In this document: one piece after another, positions 8,513 through 19,146 of the stretch
How the letters are laid out: every line of letters begins with the position of its first letter
Numbering within the stretch: the stretch's first letter is position 1
Notes under the pieces: generated by a model
Seen by the model: only the letters and a program-made list of their open reading frames with translations
Database searches by the model: none
What the model was told of the DNA's origin: nothing
From: Gammaproteobacteria bacterium
GTDB taxonomy: Bacteria > Pseudomonadota > Gammaproteobacteria > Steroidobacterales > Steroidobacteraceae
Length of the DNA stretch: 64,000 nucleotides
Assembly (NCBI GenBank): GCA_030040715.1
Contig: JASHTF010000082.1
Span: 31 to 64,030 of the forward strand
Reading direction: 5' to 3'
Program-made: the position numbers and the translations under genes

Positions 8513-9141
8513 GTAGCGAATCGAGTCCCATACGGATTCTGATCGTCGATGATCACCCCGTCCTTCGCCGCGGAATCGCGGCACTCATCGCCACCGAGCC
8601 AGACTTGAGCTTGGTTGGCGAAGCTGCGACGGGACGTGAAGCGCTGCACCAGTTTCGCGTACATCGGCCGGATGTCACGCTGATGGACCTGCAGATGCCG
8701 GAGATGAGTGGCTTGGATGCGATCATCGCGATTCGCGCAGAGTCTCCCGACGCGCGAATCATCGTGCTCACGACCTACCTCGGGGACGTTCAGGTATTGC
8801 GCGCACTGAAGGCGGGCGCGCGCGCTTATCTCCTAAAGAACAGCTTGTACAAGGAGCTGCTGGAAACGATCCGTGCGGTGGATGCTGGGAAGAGATCGCT
8901 GTCCGCCGAGGCCTCGTTCCAGCTCGCCGAGCATGCGACTGATGAAGCCCTCACGCCCAGCGAGATCCGCGTCCTGCGCCTGATTGCCCAGGGCGACTCC
9001 AATAAGGAGATTGCGGTCAAGCTTTCCGTGAGTGAAGGCACGATCAAGGGCCAGATCCATACCACCATCTCGAAGCTTGGGGCGAAAGATCGCACCCAGG
9101 CCGCCATGATTGCGCTGAAGCGCGGCATCATTGAGATTTAG
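8509..9141 (+). CDS. NarL/LuxR-family response regulator (REC plus LuxR HTH)
   Basis: RILIVDDHPVLRRG...DVTLMDLQMPEMSG receiver domain and a C-terminal LTPSEIRVLRLIAQGDSNKEIAVKLSVSEGTIK HTH. The start overlaps the kinase stop (ATGA at 8509-8512). Confidence 0.93.
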   Translation: MSSESSPIRILIVDDHPVLRRGIAALIATEPDLSLVGEAATGREALHQFRVHRPDVTLMDLQMPEMSGLDAIIAIRAESPDARIIVLTTYLGDVQVLRALKAGARAYLLKNSLYKELLETIRAVDAGKRSLSAEASFQLAEHATDEALTPSEIRVLRLIAQGDSNKEIAVKLSVSEGTIKGQIHTTISKLGAKDRTQAAMIALKRGIIEI

Positions 9142-9218
9142 TTAGTCCGAAAGGACTGATCCATTCATCCTTCGGATAGTTTCCGTTACTCGGGGCCTCT
9201 CGTAGCCTCGAATGCGCT

Positions 9219-9614
9219 GTGCGCCGACTATTCTTTACCTTCGCCCACGGTCCTCCCGGAATCGGTCTCTTGTTGCTGCGACTGCTTGCGGGTACGGCGG
9301 TGGCGGCTCATGGCGCTACCGTTATGCTTGGCGAACCGCCCCTGGGACTTGCACTCGTTGCGATCTTCTTGATCGGCTCGGGGTTGCTCCTCATCGTTGG
9401 TCTTTGGACTCCTCTCGCATCGGGGTCAATTGCGGTCACCGCGCCGTGGTATGCGCTCGCGCACCCGATGAATCGCTTGTATTCCCTCAGCGTTGGCGTG
9501 TTGGGACTCGCCCTGGCACTGCTCGGCCCGGGCGCCTGGTCGGTGGACGCTCGCCTGTTCGGATGGAAACGCGTGGAAATTTCCGACCGAACGCGGCGGG
9601 AGCCGCTGCCATGA
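9219..9614 (+). CDS. DoxX-like small integral membrane protein
   Basis: 131 aa with about 4 hydrophobic helices and a C-terminal GPGAWSVDARL resembling the DoxX family ending. The overlapping tracked ORF 9212..9781 is in another frame and is rejected. Confidence 0.5.
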   Translation: MRRLFFTFAHGPPGIGLLLLRLLAGTAVAAHGATVMLGEPPLGLALVAIFLIGSGLLLIVGLWTPLASGSIAVTAPWYALAHPMNRLYSLSVGVLGLALALLGPGAWSVDARLFGWKRVEISDRTRREPLP

Positions 9615-9788
9615 ACCTCGCCGAGGTCAACCCCCGTCCGATCGGACTAGCGTTTTCGTCCGATGTTCATATGAACGGGAAACCGCTCGGGGCTGGTCGG
9701 CAGACTGCTCGCAGTTACAAACTCCTGATCAGACAAGAGGACCGACGGCCGCAGATTCGCGCGCCGCGTCTTCGACAGTGACAACGGA

Positions 9789-10673
9789 GTGCTAAGGGAC
9801 GCAAGTGGTAAGATGCTCACAGATTCTCATCGAGCGAGAAGCGCGGGCGGGCTGCACATGACAGACCGCGAGCCAAGCTTCAGTGAAGCGCTCGACTACA
9901 CCCCTGCGAATTCGAAAGACAAGCATGCGAGTCACGGCGGGCACTGGTCACCGGAACCACCGCGGCATGGAGCGCCGCCCAACTGCTTGCCAGCGGCCGC
10001 GGCGCAGCTAGTAGAAGCTGCGTGCAGAGCTCATGAGGGTGACCGCGAAGCCGCCAAAGTACACATTGCACAGGCGGTCGCGCTGCTTCAGCGTACGTCG
10101 AGCCTGGAACCGTCCGCCACGCGTGTGCCATCAACAGCGAAGAGACAGGCCAACGTCGAAGGTCTGCTGACCCGGCAGACTACACGACCCTTCCCGCATA
10201 TCGACGCGAACGTTGCTCTAGGGGAGGGTCGAGGATGCAAGCCTATTGGCTCGTACTCACAACATCTCGATCGCGTTCGGCTCCATCGTGTTCTCAGTTA
10301 TATTTCGAACAACATCGATGACGACATCACTCTTGCAGATCTTGCCGGGATCGCTGGTTACAGCCCGTTTCATTTTGCGCGCAAGTTCACAGTCGCCGTA
10401 GGTGTCTCGCCCCGGCGCTACGTAACCTGCATGCGGCTGCGGCGGGCGCTAGTGGAACTGACGGCGGCCAAGTTGCCGCTGGCGCAGATTGCGCTCAATG
10501 CGCATTTCTCTTGTCAGGCGAGCTTTACCAGAGCGTTTCATCGCGCGGTCGGCCTGACGCCGAAGGCATATCAGCGTCAGGCTCTGACCCCCGAGGTCAG
10601 TATCTCAGGCGCTAATGGCCGGGGGCCGCCGACAGCAATAGCGATGACAAAACAAAAGCTAGCGGGCGTCTAG
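9789..10673 (+). CDS. AraC-family transcriptional regulator
   Basis: C-terminal double HTH (ITLADLAGIAGYSPFHFARKFTVAVGVSPRRY ... IALNAHFSCQASFTRAFHRAVGLTPKAYQ). The start is uncertain; in-frame ATGs at 9813 and 9858 are alternatives. Confidence 0.85.
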   Translation: MLRDASGKMLTDSHRARSAGGLHMTDREPSFSEALDYTPANSKDKHASHGGHWSPEPPRHGAPPNCLPAAAAQLVEAACRAHEGDREAAKVHIAQAVALLQRTSSLEPSATRVPSTAKRQANVEGLLTRQTTRPFPHIDANVALGEGRGCKPIGSYSQHLDRVRLHRVLSYISNNIDDDITLADLAGIAGYSPFHFARKFTVAVGVSPRRYVTCMRLRRALVELTAAKLPLAQIALNAHFSCQASFTRAFHRAVGLTPKAYQRQALTPEVSISGANGRGPPTAIAMTKQKLAGV

Positions 10674-10678
10674 AGCCT

Positions 10679-11674
10679 ATGGATGCACTGCAAGGCCTCA
10701 GAGTGTTCCGACGAGTCGTGGAAGTAGGTAGCTTCGTAGGTGCTGCCGATCGGCTGAACCTATCTACGGCAACCGTCAGCAAGCATGTCATGCACATCGA
10801 AAGGCGCGTAGGGATTCGCCTGCTGAATAGAAATACCCGCGCGTTGAGTCTGACCGAGGCAGGGAGGGTTTACTTCGAGCGCTGCAAGGCGATCCTGGAT
10901 GAACTCGAAGACACCGAGCAGGAACTGGGCTCACGCGCGTCGGTGCCTCGAGGCACGCTGCGCGTCACGTGCCCGAGCTGGTTTGGCGGAAAAAAGTTGG
11001 CAGAGCTACTTGCGCAGTATCGACTTCGATACCCAGATGTTGTAGTCGATGTCTCGCAGGATGACCGGATGGTTGATCTTGTTGCGGAGGGCTACGACGT
11101 CGCACTGCGCGTTACGTCGAATCCACGTTCGCTGCCGGCGGGGCTCATCGCGCGGGCGGTGCATGCCGTCCCATTTTTTATCGGTGCCGCGCGCACCTAT
11201 CTGCAACGGCGAGGTGCTCCAAGGGTGCCCGGTGACCTTTCCGCACACGATTTCGTGGCAATTGGGAACCTTGATTCGCTCACCCTGCACGGCGCGGAAG
11301 GAGCCGTCGAAGCGCCGGTGCGCGTGGTTCTACGCTACCGATCACTGGTCGGTGCGGCGCATGCAGTAGCGGCAGGAATTGGGCTGTCTTCATTACCTCG
11401 CGCTTTGTTGATGGATCCTGTATTCAGCGGCACCTTTACCCCGGTGCTTACCGAATATCTTCTGAGGGCGCCGACCTTGTATCTCGTGTACGTCGTCAGA
11501 AAGAACGCTCCGCTAATGGTGCGTACATTTGTCGATTTCATCTTGGAGTCGATGGCTGAGGGCCCGGCGCCAGATTCCGGCGTGTCATCCGTTCGCGTAG
11601 AACCCAAAGGCAGGCGTCCAACCGCGCAGATACGGTGCAAATTAGAAAAGATCTCCGTCGAATCCTGTGCCTGA
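10679..11674 (+). CDS. LysR-family transcriptional regulator
   Basis: N-terminal HTH (LQGLRVFRRVVEVGSFVGAADRLNLSTATVSKHVMHIERRVGIRLLNRNTR) followed by a LysR substrate-binding region. Confidence 0.9.
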   Translation: MDALQGLRVFRRVVEVGSFVGAADRLNLSTATVSKHVMHIERRVGIRLLNRNTRALSLTEAGRVYFERCKAILDELEDTEQELGSRASVPRGTLRVTCPSWFGGKKLAELLAQYRLRYPDVVVDVSQDDRMVDLVAEGYDVALRVTSNPRSLPAGLIARAVHAVPFFIGAARTYLQRRGAPRVPGDLSAHDFVAIGNLDSLTLHGAEGAVEAPVRVVLRYRSLVGAAHAVAAGIGLSSLPRALLMDPVFSGTFTPVLTEYLLRAPTLYLVYVVRKNAPLMVRTFVDFILESMAEGPAPDSGVSSVRVEPKGRRPTAQIRCKLEKISVESCA

Positions 11675-11740
11675 CGGTGAGGACCGAATCCCGGTGCGGG
11701 CGACCCGAACGGCGGATTGGATGATCTAAGGAGGTGACCA

Positions 11741-12919
11741 ATGCTGGGAGCGACTGCCGGTTTGAAAGCTGTTCGAGGCAACGGTGGCCGCCACCGTCCC
11801 GACAGCCGCGTGGCCGGCTGGGCAGTGGTGTTTCTCAGCGGGTGTAGCCGTCAAGCGCCGCCGTCAACGCCGATGCCGCCGCGTGTCTCGGTCATTACCG
11901 TCGAGGCCAGGCCAGTGCCGCTCATCACCGAGCTTCCAGGACGGGTCACCGCGTACCGGACCGCCGACGTGCGGCCGCAAGTTAACGGCATCATTCTGAA
12001 AAGATTGTTCGTCGAAGGCAGCGAGGTCAAGACGGGTCAACAGCTCTACGAGATCGATCCGGCGCTCTATCAGGCCGCATATGACAGCGCCGTTGCCGCC
12101 GAGGCTTCCGCTCGAGCGCTCGAGAATCGCTACAAGCCGCTGGTTGAGGCGAATGCAGTCAGCAAGCAGGATTACGACAACGCCGTGGCCGCGGAGCTGC
12201 AGGCTCAGGCTGCGGTGGAGACGGCACACATCAACCTCGTCTACACGAAGGTGCTGTCACCGATCTCGGGGCGTATCGGCCGCTCTTTGATCACCGAAGG
12301 TGCCTTGGCCACAGCCAATCAGGCCACTGCACTCTCGACTGTCCAGCAACTCGACCCGGTATACGTGGACGTGACCCAACCGAGCAATACGCTGCTGCGC
12401 CTCAGGCGCGAGGCTGCGGCGGGCCTGCTGAAACAAAATGAAGCGGGGAAGACGCAGGTGCGGCTGCGGCTGGAAGATGGCAGCGACTATGCGCACCCCG
12501 GCACCCTCGAGTTCTCGGAGGTGACCGTGGACGAGGGCACGGGCTCTGTGACGCTGCGCGCTCTGATGCCTAACCCGGAGCGTCTCTTGCTACCCGGCAT
12601 GTTCGTGCACGAGCAGATCCAGGAGGGTGTGCGTGAGGGGGCGGTGCTGGTACCGCAACAGGGGGTTTTGCATGACCAGAAGGGCGATGCCAACGCTCTG
12701 GTCGTGGGTCCGGACAACACCGTCGAGCTGCGGACGCTGCAGACCGATCGCGCCGTCGGTGATCAATGGGTAGTGACTTCGGGACTGAAGGCCGGTGACC
12801 GCGTGATCGTCGAAGGAACCCAGTTGGTCAGGCCCGGCATCAAAGTGACGGCCGAGGAGTATCGGCGGTCCGCGGACTCGACGCCTGCGCGCCAGGCAAT
12901 CGTAAGGGCTCAAGAGTAA
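11741..12919 (+). CDS. RND efflux periplasmic adaptor (membrane fusion protein, AcrA/MexA-like)
   Basis: AAGGAGG RBS before the ATG. Lipoyl and hairpin-region motifs ([19 protein letters not shown]..., [15 protein letters not shown]) and its position immediately upstream of the RND pump. Confidence 0.92.
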   Translation: MLGATAGLKAVRGNGGRHRPDSRVAGWAVVFLSGCSRQAPPSTPMPPRVSVITVEARPVPLITELPGRVTAYRTADVRPQVNGIILKRLFVEGSEVKTGQQLYEIDPALYQAAYDSAVAAEASARALENRYKPLVEANAVSKQDYDNAVAAELQAQAAVETAHINLVYTKVLSPISGRIGRSLITEGALATANQATALSTVQQLDPVYVDVTQPSNTLLRLRREAAAGLLKQNEAGKTQVRLRLEDGSDYAHPGTLEFSEVTVDEGTGSVTLRALMPNPERLLLPGMFVHEQIQEGVREGAVLVPQQGVLHDQKGDANALVVGPDNTVELRTLQTDRAVGDQWVVTSGLKAGDRVIVEGTQLVRPGIKVTAEEYRRSADSTPARQAIVRAQE

Positions 12920-12926
12920 GACCGTC

Positions 12927-15900
12927 ATGGTCAATTTCTTCATCGACCGTCCTATTTTCGCCTGGGTGTTGGCGATCGTCGTAATGCTGGCGGGCGCGCT
13001 TGCCATCACGACCCTGCCGATCGCGCAGTATCCGAGTATCGCCCCGCCCGCGATCGCTATTACGGCGAGCTATCCGGGTGCGTCGGCCGCCACAGTACAA
13101 AGCTCCGTCACGCAGGTCATCGAGCAGCAGTTGAGCGGCATCGATCATCTGCTGTACTTCGGGTCTGAAAGCGATGCCGACGGGACCTTGACCATCACGC
13201 TCTACTTCGAGCAGGGCACCAACCCGGACGTCGCTCAAGTGCAGGTGCAGAACAAGCTGCAGCTCGCCACGCCGCTCCTGCCGCTGGAGGTGCAGCAGGA
13301 GGGCCTGCGAGTCGTCAAAGCCACCCGCAACTTCCTGCTCATTATTTGTTTTTACTCGACCGACGGGTCGATGAGCAGCGAGGACGTCAGCGACTACATT
13401 GCCTCGAACGTGCAGGATCCGATCAGTCGCACGCCTGGAGTCGGTGACTATCAGCTGTTCGGCACGCAGTACGCGATGCGCATCTGGCTGGATCCAGCCA
13501 AGCTCAACAACTTTGGTCTTACAGCCACCGACGTCAACAATGCTCTGCAGGCACAGAACCTGCAGGTTCCTTCCGGCGAGCTCGGCGGCCTGCCCGCTGT
13601 CCGAGGCCAGCGGCTGCACGCGGCCATCGTCGGCCCGCAGCGTCTCACGAACGCTGACCAGTTCGGCCAAGTGCTGCTGAAGGTCAACACCGACGGCTCG
13701 CAGGTGCGGCTCAGAGATGTGGCCCGCATCGGCTTGGGAGCCGAAAGCTATTCGGTGCACACCGAGTACAACGGTCGGCCGGCAGCGGGTCTCGCCATCA
13801 AACTGGCCGCCGGTGCAAACGCATTGGATACGGCCAAAGCGGTCCGCGCCACCATGGACCAGCTAGCGCCGTTCTTTCCTCCCGGTCTGCAGCTCGTCTA
13901 TCCCTATGACACCACACCGTTTGTACGCGTCTCCATCGATGAGGTCGTGAAGACGCTGTTCGAGGCGATCGTCCTGGTGTTCCTGGTGATCTACCTCTTC
14001 CTGCAGAACTTCCGGGCGACGCTGATTCCGACCATCGCAGTACCCGTGGTGCTATTGGGCACCTTCGCCATACTGTTCGCGGCGGGATATTCGATCAACA
14101 CGCTGACCATGTTCGGCATGGTGTTGGCGATCGGTCTGTTGGTGGACGATGCCATCGTCGTCGTGGAGAACGTCGAGCGCGTGATGGACGAGCAGCACCT
14201 CTCGCCCAAGGAGGCGACGCGCCGCTCGATGGGCGAGATCACGGGAGCGCTGGTCGGCATCGCCCTCGTGCTGGCGTCCGTATTCCTGCCCATGGCTTTC
14301 TTCAGCGGCTCGACCGGAGTGATCTACCGCCAGTTCTCGATCACCATCGTCTCGGCGATGAGCTTATCGGTACTGGTCGCGCTGATCTTTACGCCCTCGT
14401 TGTGCGCGACGCTGCTGCGGCCGCGGGTCGCGGAAGCCCACGAGCGCGAGCGAGGCTTTTTCGGCTGGTTCAACCGCGGCTTCGCGGCCATGAATCGCGG
14501 CTACGAAGGCGGACTCGGACATGTCACGCGGCGCATCGGACGCTACCTGTTGGTGTATCTGGCCATCGTGGTGGTGATGGGTCTGCTGTTCGTGCGCGTG
14601 CCGACATCGTTTCTGCCGGATGAGGATCAGGGCTTTCTGTTCGTGCAGGTATCGGCGCCTCCGGGCACCGCCAGCGAAGTGACGCAGCGCGCGCTCGATG
14701 AGGCCCGCGACTACTTTCTCAAGGATGAGAAAAACCTGGTGAGCGACGTGTACAGCGTCAACGGCTTCAGCTTCGGCGGACACGGCCAGAACGCGGGCTT
14801 GGCATTCGTCCGCCTCAAAGACTGGGCGAATCGCCCCGGGGCGAAGAATACGGTGTTCGCGCTGGCGGCGCGCGCGAACCGGCACTTCCACCAGCTACGC
14901 GAAGCGACCGTAATCGCGTTCGCACCACCCGCGGCGCTCGAGCTCGGCAACGCCTCCGGATTCGACTTCGAGCTGGAAGACCGCGGCAACCTCGGCCATG
15001 AAAAGCTGATGCAGGCGCGCGGCCAGCTGCTGGGAATCGCCAGCAAGGAGCCGGCGATCGGCCTGGTGCGGCCCAACGGGCTCGACGATGAGCCGCAGTA
15101 CACGCTCGATATCGACTGGGAAAAGGCGAGCGCGCTCGGCTTGAGCATCGGCAACATCAACGATACGCTCGGTGCCGGCTGGGGCTCGTCCTACGTCAAT
15201 CAATTTGTCGACCGCAACCGCGTCAAGCGGGTATTCCTTCAGGGTGACGCCCCCGCGCGCATGCTGCCGCAGGACCTGGATCGCTGGTACGTGCGCAACG
15301 GCGCGGGTCAGATGGTCCCGTTCTCTGCATTTGCTTCCGGGCATTGGACTTTCGGTTCTCCCAAGCTGGAGCGCTATAACGGCATACCGTCGCTGGAATT
15401 TCTCGGCAACCCCCCACCGGGCAAGAGCACCGGGGAGGCGATCGCCGCAATGGAGACGGCGGCGGCGAAGCTCCCGAAGGGCATAAGCTACGAATGGACT
15501 GGCCTCTCCTACGAGGAAAAGCGCTCCGGCTCTCAGGCGCCGGCGTTGTACGTCATATCGTTGACGGTCGTATTCCTGTGCCTTGCAGCCCTGTATGAAA
15601 GCTGGTCGATTCCCTTCGCTGTGATGCTGGTGGTGCCGCTCGGCATCATCGGCACAATCTCGGCGACGCTCTTTCGCGGACTGGGTAATGACGTGTTCTT
15701 TCAGGTGGGTCTGCTTACGACCGTCGGTCTCTCGGCCAAAAACGCGATCCTGATCGTAGAGTTTGCCAAGGCAAACTCCGAGCACGGGATGAATTTGGTT
15801 GACGCCACCATCGCGGCGGCGCGCCAGCGCCTGCGGCCGATTCTCATGACCTCGATGGCCTTCATCCTCGGCGTGTTGCCGTTGGCGATCGCCACAGGTG

Positions 15901-16076
15901 CGGGCGCGGGCGGCCGCATCGCGATTGGCACCGGCGTGATCGGAGGCATGTTCTCGGCTACGGTGCTTGCTGTGTTCCTCGTGCCGGTGTTCTTCGTCAG
16001 TGTGCGCTCGGTCTTCCGTGGGCAACGGAGCAGCGAGCAGCCGGCGCCGTCCTCGCAACCGATCCCGGAGAGCTGA
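12927..16076 (+). CDS. RND multidrug efflux permease (AcrB/MexB family)
   Basis: 1049 aa beginning [21 protein letters not shown]. Canonical length and 12-TM organisation, with conserved [16 protein letters not shown]. Confidence 0.97.
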   Translation: MVNFFIDRPIFAWVLAIVVMLAGALAITTLPIAQYPSIAPPAIAITASYPGASAATVQSSVTQVIEQQLSGIDHLLYFGSESDADGTLTITLYFEQGTNPDVAQVQVQNKLQLATPLLPLEVQQEGLRVVKATRNFLLIICFYSTDGSMSSEDVSDYIASNVQDPISRTPGVGDYQLFGTQYAMRIWLDPAKLNNFGLTATDVNNALQAQNLQVPSGELGGLPAVRGQRLHAAIVGPQRLTNADQFGQVLLKVNTDGSQVRLRDVARIGLGAESYSVHTEYNGRPAAGLAIKLAAGANALDTAKAVRATMDQLAPFFPPGLQLVYPYDTTPFVRVSIDEVVKTLFEAIVLVFLVIYLFLQNFRATLIPTIAVPVVLLGTFAILFAAGYSINTLTMFGMVLAIGLLVDDAIVVVENVERVMDEQHLSPKEATRRSMGEITGALVGIALVLASVFLPMAFFSGSTGVIYRQFSITIVSAMSLSVLVALIFTPSLCATLLRPRVAEAHERERGFFGWFNRGFAAMNRGYEGGLGHVTRRIGRYLLVYLAIVVVMGLLFVRVPTSFLPDEDQGFLFVQVSAPPGTASEVTQRALDEARDYFLKDEKNLVSDVYSVNGFSFGGHGQNAGLAFVRLKDWANRPGAKNTVFALAARANRHFHQLREATVIAFAPPAALELGNASGFDFELEDRGNLGHEKLMQARGQLLGIASKEPAIGLVRPNGLDDEPQYTLDIDWEKASALGLSIGNINDTLGAGWGSSYVNQFVDRNRVKRVFLQGDAPARMLPQDLDRWYVRNGAGQMVPFSAFASGHWTFGSPKLERYNGIPSLEFLGNPPPGKSTGEAIAAMETAAAKLPKGISYEWTGLSYEEKRSGSQAPALYVISLTVVFLCLAALYESWSIPFAVMLVVPLGIIGTISATLFRGLGNDVFFQVGLLTTVGLSAKNAILIVEFAKANSEHGMNLVDATIAAARQRLRPILMTSMAFILGVLPLAIATGAGAGGRIAIGTGVIGGMFSATVLAVFLVPVFFVSVRSVFRGQRSSEQPAPSSQPIPES

Positions 16077-16078
16077 GG

Positions 16079-17581
16079 ATGGCCCCTGGAGCCGCCTGTC
16101 TCGGTGTCGCAACGCTGGTCGCGCTCCTCAGTGCCTGTACCCTGGAGCCGAACTATCAGCGCCCGGCCTCGCCGGTACCGGCACTCGTGGGCGGCGCACA
16201 GGCTGCCCCGGCAGCAGCCGACATCGGCTGGCGCGAGTTCTTTCCGGATACGCAGCTGCAGCGACTCATTGAGCTCGCGCTCGCCAACAATCGCGATTTG
16301 CGTGTAGCCGTACTCAATGTCGAGACTGCGCAAGCGCAGTACCGCATCTCGCGCGCGCAGCTGCTTCCCACCGTCGACGCTAACGCCGTCGAGCAGGCCG
16401 AGCGAATTCCGCTACCGGTGGCTGCGGCCTCCGCTGACCTGTCACCGGCAGCCATCGCTGCCCTGCCGCCATCCGTCGAGAGTGGGATCGTGGCGCACAC
16501 TTACAACGTCGGCATCGGGTTCACGAGCTATGAACTGGATGTTTTTGGTCATATCCGCAGTCTCAACCACGTCGCTCTGCAGCAGTACTTCAGCTCGAGC
16601 GAAACGCGCCGTAGTGCGCAGCTCACGCTCGTTGCGGAAGTCGCCGATGCCTATCTGGTGGTGCTAGCGGACCAGACCTTGCTGGACATCACGGCCAATA
16701 CACTTCAGAGCCAGAACGAGTCCTACGCGTTGACGCAGCGTCTGTTCACTGTCGGTACCACCACGGAGCTGGCGCTGCGACAGGCTGAAAGCACGGTCGA
16801 TACGGCGCGTGCCAACCTCGCGCAATATCGCCAGCAGATCGCGCAGGATCGCGACGCGCTGCAGCTGCTGCTCGGCGTACCGATTCCCGACGGCATCGAT
16901 TTTTCCCGCGGCCTGGACCGCAGCAACATGGTCTCTGAGCTCGAGGAGGGCATCCCATCGGACGTGCTGGTGAACCGACCCGACGTGCTGGCCGCCGAGC
17001 ACCAGTTGCAGGCTGCCAATGCACAGATCGGCGTGGCGCGCGCCGCGTTCTTCCCGGCGATCTCACTGACCGGTAACTTCGGCACGGAAAGCGTGCAGCT
17101 CTCGGGCCTGTTCAAGGACCACTCCGAGGCTTGGTCGTTCTCGCCGCAGATCTCTGTGCCGATCTTCGCCGGCGGTGCCAATCTCGCCAACCTGAGGGCC
17201 AGCAAGCTGTCGCGCGAGACCGCCGTGGCTCAATACGAGAAGGCGATTCAGAGCGCTTTCCGCGAGGTCGCCGATGCATTGGCGGCGCGCGACGCGCTCA
17301 ATGATCAGCTCGGAGCCCTGCAGGCGCTGGTGCGTGACGACAGCGCAGCGTACCGGTTGGCGGACATGCGCTTCCGAGGCGGGGTTGACAGTTACCTGAG
17401 CGCGCTCGATGCGCAGCGCGCGCTGTACGGCGCTCAACAGCAACTGCAATCCGTACGGCTCACCCGTCTGCAGAATCTGGTGACACTGTACAAAGCCCTC
17501 GGCGGAGGACTCATGGAGCACTCATCGGCCGCGCAAACGAGCGGTCGGTCTGCATCTTTAGAAGCGCCCGCGAGGCATTGA
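16079..17581 (+). CDS. efflux outer-membrane factor lipoprotein (NodT/OprM family)
   Basis: Lipobox LLSAC, OMF repeats (LPTVDANA..., FFPAISLTGNFG) and a C-terminal LYKALGGG. It starts 3 nt after the RND gene. Confidence 0.93.
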   Translation: MAPGAACLGVATLVALLSACTLEPNYQRPASPVPALVGGAQAAPAAADIGWREFFPDTQLQRLIELALANNRDLRVAVLNVETAQAQYRISRAQLLPTVDANAVEQAERIPLPVAAASADLSPAAIAALPPSVESGIVAHTYNVGIGFTSYELDVFGHIRSLNHVALQQYFSSSETRRSAQLTLVAEVADAYLVVLADQTLLDITANTLQSQNESYALTQRLFTVGTTTELALRQAESTVDTARANLAQYRQQIAQDRDALQLLLGVPIPDGIDFSRGLDRSNMVSELEEGIPSDVLVNRPDVLAAEHQLQAANAQIGVARAAFFPAISLTGNFGTESVQLSGLFKDHSEAWSFSPQISVPIFAGGANLANLRASKLSRETAVAQYEKAIQSAFREVADALAARDALNDQLGALQALVRDDSAAYRLADMRFRGGVDSYLSALDAQRALYGAQQQLQSVRLTRLQNLVTLYKALGGGLMEHSSAAQTSGRSASLEAPARH

Positions 17582-17642
17582 ACACCTTCGCCGTGCGCGG
17601 AGCCCGGGACCGGATGTAATAGCGTCGCGAACACGGGGCCTC

Positions 17643-18902
17643 ATGACAAGGACGGCGCTCACCCAAATGGAAAGACCCCAACCTACAGCGCATTCGTGGA
17701 TCTGGGAGCTGCTGCTGCGCTTGCTCGGCGCAACGCTACAGATTGCGGCGACTTGGGCCGTCGTACACGTACTCACACCGGAGCAAGCGGGAATCTATTT
17801 TCGAGGGTTCGTCATCGCCCTGGGGCTGAGCACGCTGCTGCGGGCAAAGTACGAGATCTACCTGGCGCAGTACATCATCGGCCGGCGCTCCACCGTCACC
17901 GGTACGCCCGCTGGAGTGCTGCTGATGCAGCTGGCGCGCCGTATGCTGCTGCGCTCCAGTCTGCTGTGCGGGGTGCTGCTGGTGGTGACGGCAGACCTGG
18001 ACATCCAGGCGCCGCAGCTGCAGACGGTGCTGCAGACCTATCTGCCCTTCGTACTCGCTCTTCCCTGCGTCAGCCTCTACAGCCTGCTCGGAGAGGCGCT
18101 GCGTGCCGCCAATCGCACCCTCGGAATCGTCGTGGCGGCATATGCTGTAAATGTCTCAATACTCCTCGCCGTGATGCTCGCGCCTCCCGACGCCTCACTC
18201 ACGCTCTACTCCTGGGCATTCTTCCTCGGGACTGTAGTCGCTGCCGGCGCGGCAGTCGCAATCGCAAGGCATGTTTTCCCGGCCCCGCTGGCCCAAGGCT
18301 CGCATCCGATCTCCCGTGAGACGCTGCAGGCCGTGAATTCACGCGAGTTCATCGGACTGGCGCGCGGGACCCTGCTGTGGGGACCACTGTGCGTCCTTGC
18401 CATCTGGGCGCCTGCGCTGCAGATGGCGCAGTATGCCGTCGCTGCGCGCACGGCGCTGATCGTCGACTTCTTCCTGCCGGCCCTGAACCTCACCGGCTGC
18501 CGCGAGACGCTGAGGGCGGCGCTGCCAGCGCGGGCACCGCCACCGGTAGTGCTGCGGCAGCTCGCGGGGGCGCTGTTCTACAGCTCTGTTTTGGTGGTGC
18601 CGCTTTGGCTGTTGGCGCGGGCCACGCTGGCGTTGTACGGAAGCCCTTACGGGTCCCAGTTGACGGTGTACGCGCTGCTGCTAGGCGTACAGTGGATCAA
18701 CGGCTTGGGCCGTCCAGCAGTGCGGCAAGCCGTAGTCGATTGGGATGCACGGCGGATCGCAATTGCGATTGGATCCGGCGCCGTCGCAGTCGTGTTGATC
18801 TGTGCACTCGGCGTAGCTACGTACGGGGCCACGGCCGCTGCGGTCGGCTCGCTAAGTGGCGCCGTAATCGTCAATGGATTGGCCATCGGCATGTCCCTTT
18901 GA
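17643..18902 (+). CDS. polytopic membrane protein, possibly a MOP/Wzx-type flippase superfamily member
   Basis: 419 aa with about 12 predicted hydrophobic helices. The N-terminal LTPEQAGIYFRGFVIALGLSTLL resembles polysaccharide-flippase N-termini. The functional call is weak. Confidence 0.5.
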   Translation: MTRTALTQMERPQPTAHSWIWELLLRLLGATLQIAATWAVVHVLTPEQAGIYFRGFVIALGLSTLLRAKYEIYLAQYIIGRRSTVTGTPAGVLLMQLARRMLLRSSLLCGVLLVVTADLDIQAPQLQTVLQTYLPFVLALPCVSLYSLLGEALRAANRTLGIVVAAYAVNVSILLAVMLAPPDASLTLYSWAFFLGTVVAAGAAVAIARHVFPAPLAQGSHPISRETLQAVNSREFIGLARGTLLWGPLCVLAIWAPALQMAQYAVAARTALIVDFFLPALNLTGCRETLRAALPARAPPPVVLRQLAGALFYSSVLVVPLWLLARATLALYGSPYGSQLTVYALLLGVQWINGLGRPAVRQAVVDWDARRIAIAIGSGAVAVVLICALGVATYGATAAAVGSLSGAVIVNGLAIGMSL

Positions 18903-19050
18903 AGCAGAAACGGAGGTGGCGGCCGATCCCCCGTGACCCCTAAGACGACCGATCCAAGCAGCGATCGGTCATCATCCTCAAAATGCGCTGGCGGCTGCCA
19001 AATCGGCCGGTCGTGTTGCGATCGGCTCCGCGCAAAAGGGGTAAAAAAAC

Positions 19051-19073
19051 AATCGCAAGCGTGGGAAAGACGC
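19051..19073 (+). promoter_or_regulatory. conserved 23-nt box, copy 1 (AATCGCAAGCGTGGGAAAGACGC)
   Basis: 22 of 23 nt identical to a second copy at 19785-19807. Lies about 75 nt upstream of the DoxX start and is followed by the hairpin ACGCAGG-TAAT-CCTGCGT. Confidence 0.5.
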
Positions 19074-19146
19074 AGGTAATCCTGCGTGCTCTTCTTGGGT
19101 CCGTTCATTGTCGCGACGCCCCGTCACGAAAAGCGGAGTAAGGTCT

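Noticed and set aside
9212-9781. 189-aa ORF overlapping the DoxX-like gene in another frame
   Set aside because: The product is Arg/Gly-rich without features. The 9219..9614 frame gives a coherent 4-helix membrane protein with a DoxX-like ending.
12840-16112. Minus-strand ORFs of 306 aa (12840..13760) and 405 aa (14895..16112), plus several shorter ones
   Set aside because: All lie antisense within the unambiguous AcrB-family RND gene. Arg/Ala-rich artefacts.
18947-18970. GACCGATC-N8-GATCGGTC hairpin after the flippase-like gene, considered as an intrinsic terminator
   Set aside because: No U-tract follows it, so I do not call it a terminator. It is mentioned only as a structural element.
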